A stretch of 32,000 nt of DNA from Pyrodictium occultum (GTDB taxonomy: Archaea; Thermoproteota; Thermoprotei_A; Sulfolobales; Pyrodictiaceae): contig NZ_LNTB01000001.1 of NCBI RefSeq assembly GCF_001462395.1, forward strand, positions 420,001-452,000. The letters run 5' to 3'. This document shows, in pieces, positions 23,622 to 30,169 of the stretch (position 1 is the first letter of the stretch; every line of letters starts with the position of its first letter). Below the pieces are notes generated by a model. That model saw only the letters and a program-made list of their open reading frames with translations. It searched no databases and was not told the DNA's origin. Position numbers and translations under genes: made by a program.

Positions 23622-24653
23622 TTACCTCGTAGAGTTACGGAGCCTAGATATATAGAGCATCAGTAGGCCTAGTAGAACCATGTACATAGCCGCGTTGAGC
23701 GCCACACTCCAGTGTATTACTATCTCCACGCTTCCTCCATTAAGCCTCACTATATGACCGATTATGCTGGGCTTGCCATCAACCACCTGCACGTGGAGCG
23801 GCTTGGCAAGCTTCACGTAGCCGCTCCCTGAGAGGTTGAGCGCCACCACGGAGCCGTTAACAAGCCTGGCACCTAGTACACGCTCCACGCCACCGGCGAG
23901 GTAGGGGGAGGCCACTATAAAGCCTATCACCATGCCAAGCATCACAAGGCCGGCGCCTACGTAGCGAAGACTGCGCGTAAACGGGATCTCCTCCCCCCGG
24001 AGGCGCTCCGCCAGTGTATAGCTCAGCAGCACCGCTATCACAGAGGCCATGAGGACCCTGGCTATAAATACTCTCAGCACGGCTGGCTGCTCCATGAAAT
24101 CCCTGAAGTTCTCCACGGTGGGGTGCAGGCTCGAGGCGGCTACACGGGGAGCCAGGAAGCTTATAGGCACCATGGAGTAGGCGGCGACAGCGTAGACTGC
24201 GCTTAGCCTGCTAGCCCTATCGGGGTCAGGTATACTGGAGCGGAGCACGAAGTAGAGGATGTATGCGAGGAGTAGGAGGAGCACACCGGTCTCCCTTGGA
24301 TCCCAGGACCAGGCTGCGCCCCAGGACTCGCTGGCCCACGCCATGCCGCTGACGAGCGTGAACACTGCGTAGAGGGATCCGGTAAGCACGAAGGCTCTCA
24401 CGTAGGCGTCTAGCTTCTCCTTCCCGCGTGTCAGGTAGAGTATGGCCGAGGCGAATGCTAGCGTGTAGAGAAGGTAGCTGCCCCAGGCCATGGGTATGTG
24501 TATGTAGATGTTCAGGTAGGCTGTGGGCGAGCCCAGGCTGACCCGCAGCGGGTAGGGGGCATGGTACACAGCATAGATCACGAGGCCAGCGTCTACGAGG
24601 GCTAGCAGCGCTAGGAGCGGCGCCGCGAGCCTTGCGAAGCCTCGTGGAGGCAT
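23622..24653 (-). CDS. ccmC: Haem exporter/haem-handling protein CcmC with a C-terminal extension of about 120 aa
   Basis: 343 aa. The first His loop is NIYIHIPMAW, the WWD motif is WGAAWSWDPRETG and the second His loop is SSLHPT. After the sixth helix come an extra helix, a beta-rich segment of about 60 aa and a final helix. Confidence 0.9.
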   Translation of the reverse strand: MPPRGFARLAAPLLALLALVDAGLVIYAVYHAPYPLRVSLGSPTAYLNIYIHIPMAWGSYLLYTLAFASAILYLTRGKEKLDAYVRAFVLTGSLYAVFTLVSGMAWASESWGAAWSWDPRETGVLLLLLAYILYFVLRSSIPDPDRASRLSAVYAVAAYSMVPISFLAPRVAASSLHPTVENFRDFMEQPAVLRVFIARVLMASVIAVLLSYTLAERLRGEEIPFTRSLRYVGAGLVMLGMVIGFIVASPYLAGGVERVLGARLVNGSVVALNLSGSGYVKLAKPLHVQVVDGKPSIIGHIVRLNGGSVEIVIHWSVALNAAMYMVLLGLLMLYISRLRNSTR

Positions 24654-24693
24654 AGCTGCTCCTTCACCAAGGGGTAATCGATGCGGTAAAAGG

Positions 24694-24706
24694 GTATTTA
24701 ATGCTC
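24694..24706 (-). promoter_or_regulatory. Candidate BRE/TATA (minus strand GAGCATTAAATAC) for ccmC-ccmE
   Basis: This is the AT-rich box in the 80-nt ccmF-ccmC gap. Its centre is 47 nt upstream of ATG 24653. It matches the box at 19568..19580 at 12 of 13 positions. Confidence 0.45.
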
Positions 24707-24733
24707 AAGCCCGACATTTCCGCAGGCACCTTG

Positions 24734-27700
24734 TCACCTGCCACCCTCCCTGTAGGCTGCGACTCTCGAGGCCGCGGCATAGACGGCTGCTAGCGCCATG
24801 ACCAGGGGGCCGAGCCATACAAGCCTGACGCCGGGTATCACCTTGACCTCTACGTGGAGGCCCTCCCTGGCTATAGTCGAGTTCGCAGGATTGAAGTTCT
24901 CGGCTAGAAGGTAGAGGTCCATAAGCGTGGCCTCGAGCTGCTGCCTCTCACTATTATCCACCACGCCGTCCCGGAGCACGTCAATATTGTAGCCAGCAGC
25001 CATGAGGGCTGCCAGCGCTAGGCGCTTCTCCGGCGGCAGCTGCTTAAACGCCTCGTGCAGGTAGTATATGAGCAGCTCGTGGTAAGCCGCCCTACCGCCA
25101 ATGTAGCCCTCCACTACAGGCGGGCTCACCACTACATAGACGTCGCCGAGCCCGTTAGCTATGGGTATGACTTTTGATACTAGGCCGTGTATACCCTGAA
25201 CCTCGCCGTAGGCCTCGAAGCGGATGCGCACCCTTACATCCCTGTGGGAGCTGCCCTGGTCGAGCCTCAGCTTCACATCAAGCCAGGCTGTCTCCGGCAC
25301 GAGCTTCGGGGCGGCGACATAGCCCATGCAGCTGTGGACTCCTCTCAGGCATTTTGGCGAGCTTATTACCGCCTCCAGCCGGCTCGTGTTCGTCAGTATG
25401 CTGTAGATCGATGAGTGCTCTATCAGCCGGATAACCCTGCGCATTGTAGGGTCTGCGGAGGCTACTATGTAGGCGCTGACCGCCTGCGGCAGCTGTGAGG
25501 GCACCTCGATGCCGCCGCCCCCCGGCGCCGCTATCGAGCCGTAGATGTAGAGGGCTGCGTCGCTCCCGCTAATGGTCCTCCCCTTCAGGTCTAGTGGTCT
25601 GCCCTGGCCCGCGAAGAGCAGGGCTTCGGAGAGCAGGGCGGCGCGGCTCACCGTTATGTTTACCCCGTCGACAGCTATGCTGAGGGGCTTGCCGGGCTCT
25701 ATGCCTATGAACCGGTGTATGCCTATTTTCTGCTCCAGTGGGGCCTTCCTAGGCAGCACTATGGCCAGGTTACCGGCTACCAGCAGCAGGTTTACACTCA
25801 TTATCCCCGTGTTGGGATTCATGTTCAGATTGATGTTTATTGATGCATTGCTGAGTATTATCTCCACGGGCTCGCCGCCAGCAAGTACTACTGTAGTATT
25901 TCTCTCTAGGTCGAAGAGCTTGAGCGTGGCATTGGCCTTTACTACGAGGGTCTTGTTGAGGGCCAGCGGGCTCTTTCTGGCAATGCCGAGAAGCCAATCT
26001 ATTGTCTTGTTCCTGGCTACCAGTTGCTTGCCCTGGTTGTAGAGGTTGAGGAATCTCACTATATCGCTCTTTATGTAGTTTATCGTGCTCCAGGCTAGCA
26101 TATAGGTGCTGCTCCTGCCCACGTAGTCTGTGTATATGTCTACGGTGGAGTTGCTTATCCCGTAGCTATAGCCCTCGAAGACTAGCCTAGCTCCTCCGGG
26201 CAGCTCTATCGAGTCGCCGGGCTTCAGCTGGTAGTACCAGGTGTACTTGGTGTTGAAGGCGTAGGTGCCGCTGAGCAGCACACCTATAACGGTGACGGCG
26301 AGGCCCAGGTGGAGCAGGGACACGCTGGTCAGCCGGTCTGCCAGCAGCCTCCGGGGACCGAGGCGCAGCTTGTAGGCGAGGTAGGCTAGCACGGAGGCGG
26401 CGGCCACGAGGGCCCATGGGAGGCCGAAGGCCATCATCGCGTTTGTCGCAAGCGGGCTGAGCGGGGCTAGGAGGTAGGTGCCGCGGTAGGCGGCCAGCCC
26501 GAAGGCTGTAGCCACTATAGCGGTCGATGCGGTGAGGGCGGCGTAGCCGCGCCAGCCCAGCCTGTCGCCGGTGAAGGCTAGCGGGATCGCCGCGAGGAGG
26601 ACGACCAGCATCGGGTATAGTACTGGGTGGAAGTAGCGGATGCCGCTCTCCATCTGCGGCACGCTTACCTCACGGCCGATGGCCGTCAGTATTGAGGGTA
26701 GGAAGAGGGTGCCGTAGACGTAGACCGCCGCGGCGGCGAGCACGAGGCCGGCTACCAGCAGCCCCACAGTGTAGGGCTGGCGGCGCCTGAGCACGGCAGC
26801 AGCCTCTGAGAGCGCCTCCCCGCCCCTTCTGGCGGCGAGGTAGACTGCGTAGGCTGCGGGGGTCAGGCCCGCGGCCAGCAGCACTAGAGCGCCAGCACTG
26901 GGGGCTGCGAAGCTGTGGAGCGGGCTGAGCCCTGTACGCGTGACATACATAGCCATGAACACTGAGCTCAGCAGCCAGGCGGAGTTGAACGCTGAGAGGC
27001 TTGGCAGGGTCATCAGTAGGTGGGGCAGCACTGTTGCCACAAGCCATACCATGAGCTCGCTCGTCTCTACAGGGTCCCAGGCCCAGTAGCCTCCCCACCC
27101 GAAGGTCTCGTAGCTCCAGTAGCCGCCAAGCATTATACCAATGGTTAACAGTGCCCAGCCTAGCTCATACACCACCAGGCAGCGGCGCCTCTCCCCCGTC
27201 AGCATCGCGGCCGCGGCCACTGCGAGGAGGGCATAGCCGCTGAAGGTGCTGAGTGGGTGAGGATAGAGCCAGGGGCTCTTCAGCAACGGGTTGAGCCCGG
27301 CGCCGCTGGCAGGGTGCCCCTGCATAGGTGTGAAGGCATCGTTGAGGAACGCGGCCGCCAGCCCGGCCAGCACTATGCTGCCCAAGAGCGCCTGGAAGCT
27401 GCGGCGCCTATGCCTCTGGAGCAGGTAGAGGCCGGCGAGAGAAGCCAGCACGGTGAAGAGGTAGAGGCTGCCTCCGCCGCCAGCCCAGGAGGAGGCTATC
27501 CTCATCCAGGCCGGCAGCCCTGGACTAGTCTCCCAGAACACCTCCTTCAAGCTGTAGTCGAGGCGGACAAAAGCAGAGACGTATAGCAGCCACCCCAGCA
27601 CCGCTGCCAGGAGGCCGTAGCGCAGCAGCCTGGAGCCGTCCCGCCGGCCTAGGGCAGCCGCCACCCCGGCGGCTACGAGGACCCCGGAGGCCAAGGGTAG

Positions 27701-27754
27701 CACGCCAGTATAGTGGAGCGGAAGCGCCATCTTACCCAACCTCTTCCCATCCAC
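24734..27754 (-). CDS. ccmF: Cytochrome c-type biogenesis protein CcmF (haem lyase component), unusually long
   Basis: 1006 aa. The polytopic N-terminal two thirds carry the WWD motif WGGYWAWDPVETSELMVW and flanking His residues. Canonical landmarks for the start and end of the outer-face domain are present: KPGDSIELPGGARLVFEG and EVKVIPGVRLVWLGPLVMALAAV. A large inserted region lies between them. The start could be the internal MALPLHY. Confidence 0.9.
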   Translation of the reverse strand: MDGKRLGKMALPLHYTGVLPLASGVLVAAGVAAALGRRDGSRLLRYGLLAAVLGWLLYVSAFVRLDYSLKEVFWETSPGLPAWMRIASSWAGGGGSLYLFTVLASLAGLYLLQRHRRRSFQALLGSIVLAGLAAAFLNDAFTPMQGHPASGAGLNPLLKSPWLYPHPLSTFSGYALLAVAAAAMLTGERRRCLVVYELGWALLTIGIMLGGYWSYETFGWGGYWAWDPVETSELMVWLVATVLPHLLMTLPSLSAFNSAWLLSSVFMAMYVTRTGLSPLHSFAAPSAGALVLLAAGLTPAAYAVYLAARRGGEALSEAAAVLRRRQPYTVGLLVAGLVLAAAAVYVYGTLFLPSILTAIGREVSVPQMESGIRYFHPVLYPMLVVLLAAIPLAFTGDRLGWRGYAALTASTAIVATAFGLAAYRGTYLLAPLSPLATNAMMAFGLPWALVAAASVLAYLAYKLRLGPRRLLADRLTSVSLLHLGLAVTVIGVLLSGTYAFNTKYTWYYQLKPGDSIELPGGARLVFEGYSYGISNSTVDIYTDYVGRSSTYMLAWSTINYIKSDIVRFLNLYNQGKQLVARNKTIDWLLGIARKSPLALNKTLVVKANATLKLFDLERNTTVVLAGGEPVEIILSNASININLNMNPNTGIMSVNLLLVAGNLAIVLPRKAPLEQKIGIHRFIGIEPGKPLSIAVDGVNITVSRAALLSEALLFAGQGRPLDLKGRTISGSDAALYIYGSIAAPGGGGIEVPSQLPQAVSAYIVASADPTMRRVIRLIEHSSIYSILTNTSRLEAVISSPKCLRGVHSCMGYVAAPKLVPETAWLDVKLRLDQGSSHRDVRVRIRFEAYGEVQGIHGLVSKVIPIANGLGDVYVVVSPPVVEGYIGGRAAYHELLIYYLHEAFKQLPPEKRLALAALMAAGYNIDVLRDGVVDNSERQQLEATLMDLYLLAENFNPANSTIAREGLHVEVKVIPGVRLVWLGPLVMALAAVYAAASRVAAYREGGR

Positions 27755-27778
27755 GGCCGAGTGGAGCTATACGCGGGG

Positions 27779-28861
27779 CTAGACGAGCTGGAGGGAGTAT
27801 AGCAGGAGGTAGACGCCGGCGGCTAAAAGCACCGCGCCACCAACACGGCTTAGCAGGTCATACCTGGCCATGATCCTGCTGACAACGCTGCCGCCCACAC
27901 GGCTCACCGCGTAGACAGCCGCCAGCGGGATGCTGATACCGGCCGCGAAGCTGCCCGCCACCAGGAGCCCCGAGGCCAGGTTCCCGGAGCTGGCCACGAG
28001 CAGCAAGGCGCCGACCACTATAGGCAGGTTGCACTGGACCGCCAGGAAGCCGTAGACCGTGCAGAACCCCGCCAACCCGCCGCGGCGAGTGCTTACAAGC
28101 CCCTCAAGCTCCACCGGGACGCCGAGGAGGCTAGCCACCCCGGCGGCCACGACCGCGGCTGCCACAACCGGGACTAGTATGCTCTGCAGCGAGGAGGCCA
28201 GGCTAGAGGCCAGGGCGAACACGAGCCCTATGGCTATAACGCCGGCGAAGGACGCGGCGCCGCAGGCCACGCAGCCTGAGGCGCTGACCCTTCTACCGGA
28301 GGCACCGACTACACTGACGTAGGTTGCCAAGAGCGGCAGCACGCAGGGGGAGAAGGCGACCACCACGCTGGCGGCGAGCGCCGCCAACGCGCTCACCGCG
28401 CTAGCCCCCGCAGTGCCGGCCTCCTCGAGAGGGCTCGAGGCGCCACGCACCGGGGCGGCGGTAGTGGTGTTAGCTAGCGCCCTGCGGCCCACTATCCTAG
28501 GGGCCGCCTTGCCCTCGAGTATCGCCGAGACGTAGTCGAGGAAGTAGGCTGCCCTGTCAATCTCGTAGGATGACAGGTCCGGGAGGTACTTCCTCATAGA
28601 CGCTACCGCCGCCATTAATTCTCCATAGCTGCCGTAGAGCTTGCGGAGCGTCATATTCTTCTCCAGAGCCTCCTTCATCTTCTCCGCCAGCAGGTCGGGC
28701 TGCCCGCTACGCGAGGACAGCCAGGCCTCCAGAGACGCCTTATCAAGACCCTTCACCTCCCCGTGGCAGGCCGAGCACCGCTCGTTGAACACGCGCAGCC
28801 CTCCTGAGCAAGCTTCTCTGGCTCCGATACCGTGGCGGCGCCCACGGAGAAGAGAGCCCAT
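27779..28861 (-). CDS. ccdA: Monohaem cytochrome c domain fused to a CcdA/DsbD-type thiol-disulfide transporter membrane core
   Basis: 360 aa as listed. The cytochrome c domain reads LRVFNERCSACHG ... SMRKYLPDLSSYEIDRAAYFLDYV. An Ala/Thr linker follows, then six hydrophobic helices carrying the two conserved Cys motifs FSPCVLPLL and VQCNLP. The 5' 109 nt overlap the thioredoxin ORF; see findings. Confidence 0.85.
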   Translation of the reverse strand: MGSLLRGRRHGIGAREACSGGLRVFNERCSACHGEVKGLDKASLEAWLSSRSGQPDLLAEKMKEALEKNMTLRKLYGSYGELMAAVASMRKYLPDLSSYEIDRAAYFLDYVSAILEGKAAPRIVGRRALANTTTAAPVRGASSPLEEAGTAGASAVSALAALAASVVVAFSPCVLPLLATYVSVVGASGRRVSASGCVACGAASFAGVIAIGLVFALASSLASSLQSILVPVVAAAVVAAGVASLLGVPVELEGLVSTRRGGLAGFCTVYGFLAVQCNLPIVVGALLLVASSGNLASGLLVAGSFAAGISIPLAAVYAVSRVGGSVVSRIMARYDLLSRVGGAVLLAAGVYLLLYSLQLV

Positions 28862-29334
28862 TCCAGCATAGCATTCGTTATGTTGCTGCCCCCGAAGGCG
28901 CCCACGTGCCTGGCCACAGGCCTACCGTTAACAAACACTATGAATGTCGGCGTGTCGGTCACATGGTACCGCATAAACACGTCCTGGGTGGCGGGGCTGA
29001 ACATGACGTGGAGGAAGCGTATGGGGAGCCTATCGCTCTCGTGCTCCAGCACCGCCCAGTAGGGGTACATCCTCTTACATACAGGGCACGTGGGTGACTC
29101 GAACATAACCGCTACAGGCTTTGATGACCCCAGCACAACTCTGTCGAACACACTGGAGCTTCTTATCGAGTACCCGCTTACGCTTAGATAGTAGTTAGCC
29201 ACGTGCATCTCATGCTCAATCAGCGCTGCCGTGAACGAGGCGGCGACTATAACCACGGAAGCCAGCAGCAGGCCGGCCCTCTTAGCCCGCTGGAAGCCGC
29301 GCAGGTCCAGACGCATCCTACGTGGACTTCTCAT
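28753..29334 (-). CDS. Membrane-anchored thioredoxin-fold thiol:disulfide oxidoreductase (CcmG/ResA-like role by context)
   Basis: 193 aa as listed. A basic N-terminus is followed by the anchor AGLLLASVVIVAASFTAALI. KPVAVMFESPTCPVCKRMYPYW carries CPVC at 29077..29088, and ...TPTFIVFVNGRPV is a Trx-fold cis-Pro region. The last 14 residues (CACSTSGARPATGR) look like out-of-frame read-through. Confidence 0.85.
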   Translation of the reverse strand: MRSPRRMRLDLRGFQRAKRAGLLLASVVIVAASFTAALIEHEMHVANYYLSVSGYSIRSSSVFDRVVLGSSKPVAVMFESPTCPVCKRMYPYWAVLEHESDRLPIRFLHVMFSPATQDVFMRYHVTDTPTFIVFVNGRPVARHVGAFGGSNITNAMLEWALFSVGAATVSEPEKLAQEGCACSTSGARPATGR

Positions 29335-29400
29335 ACCCGCTGCACCAGTAGCCCATACCCTCTAGGCCAACGATTGTGGCAAACCCATGGCTTCGTAGAA

Positions 29401-29430
29401 ATAGTCACAGCTAATTTACCTTGTGACTAT
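29401..29430. promoter_or_regulatory. 9-bp perfect inverted repeat ATAGTCACA / TGTGACTAT flanking a 12-bp AT-rich spacer (GCTAATTTACCT)
   Basis: Read directly. It lies in the 116-nt gap between the ccmB stop (29451) and the thioredoxin start (29334). It is either an operator around a TATA-like box or an RNA hairpin followed by TTTCT on the minus strand. Confidence 0.4.
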
Positions 29431-29450
29431 ACCTTTCGCCCCGGCTAGCC

Positions 29451-30122
29451 CTACACCTCCTCGAGCACATAGCGGGAGAGCCACACAGTCAGGCCGGCGA
29501 AGAGGAGAGCTGCAGCCGCGAGCCAGCCCACCTCTAGGAGCGAGACAGGGGAGCCGGCCAGCGCCGCCACAATGCTCGGCGCGGCTGACTGTATGTAGGG
29601 CAGCACGAGCACGAGCACCATAACCGGCATGAGCACTGCGCGGGCCTCGCTGAACACGAGTATCGCGGAGGTGAAGCTGGACACAGCGGCCAGGTACATG
29701 CTGGAGACCAGGGCTAGGAGCAGCACGACAAGCCTTAGAACGCTCACAATCTGCGCGAAGAAGCCCATTGACGCTAGGAACACCAGCGTCTGTAGAAGTA
29801 TCACAGCCATGCTGTAGATGAACTTCGCCATAAATACAGCCTCCGCGCCTATGGGGGCTAGGCGGAGCCCATCAAGGGTCCCCCGGTCGGCCTCACGCAC
29901 AAAGCTCGACAAGCTTCCGAACACCGCGAGAAACACTAGGACCAGCGTCAAGGCTATACTCGTGGCAGCCGCGTTGACGCCGGCAGCGCTCCTCATAACG
30001 TAGGCTGAGAGCAGGCCTGCAGAGACGGAGAAAACCAGCATAGAACCCGCCTCAACGCGCCGACGTATGTCGAGCAGTACATCCCGGTGTACTATGGCTA
30101 CTACAGCGCCCAGCACGCCCAT
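29451..30122 (-). CDS. ccmB: Haem exporter membrane protein CcmB
   Basis: 223 aa with six hydrophobic helices. HRDVLLDIRRR near the N-terminus and FVREADRGTLDGLRLAPI match the conserved CcmB loop (F..E...GTLE.L...P). Confidence 0.8.
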   Translation of the reverse strand: MGVLGAVVAIVHRDVLLDIRRRVEAGSMLVFSVSAGLLSAYVMRSAAGVNAAATSIALTLVLVFLAVFGSLSSFVREADRGTLDGLRLAPIGAEAVFMAKFIYSMAVILLQTLVFLASMGFFAQIVSVLRLVVLLLALVSSMYLAAVSSFTSAILVFSEARAVLMPVMVLVLVLPYIQSAAPSIVAALAGSPVSLLEVGWLAAAALLFAGLTVWLSRYVLEEV

Positions 30123-30169
30123 GAGCCCCCGAGGGGCTCTAGAGCACCGAACCCTTCTCCCTTCTTAGC

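Noticed and set aside
28753-28861. Programmed -1 ribosomal frameshifting joining Trx to cyt c-CcdA.
   Set aside because: There is no canonical slippery heptamer (X XXY YYZ) and no obvious downstream pseudoknot at the junction. Two other genes nearby need the same one-base homopolymer repair, so an indel (real or artefactual) is more parsimonious. I cannot fully exclude frameshifting from sequence alone.
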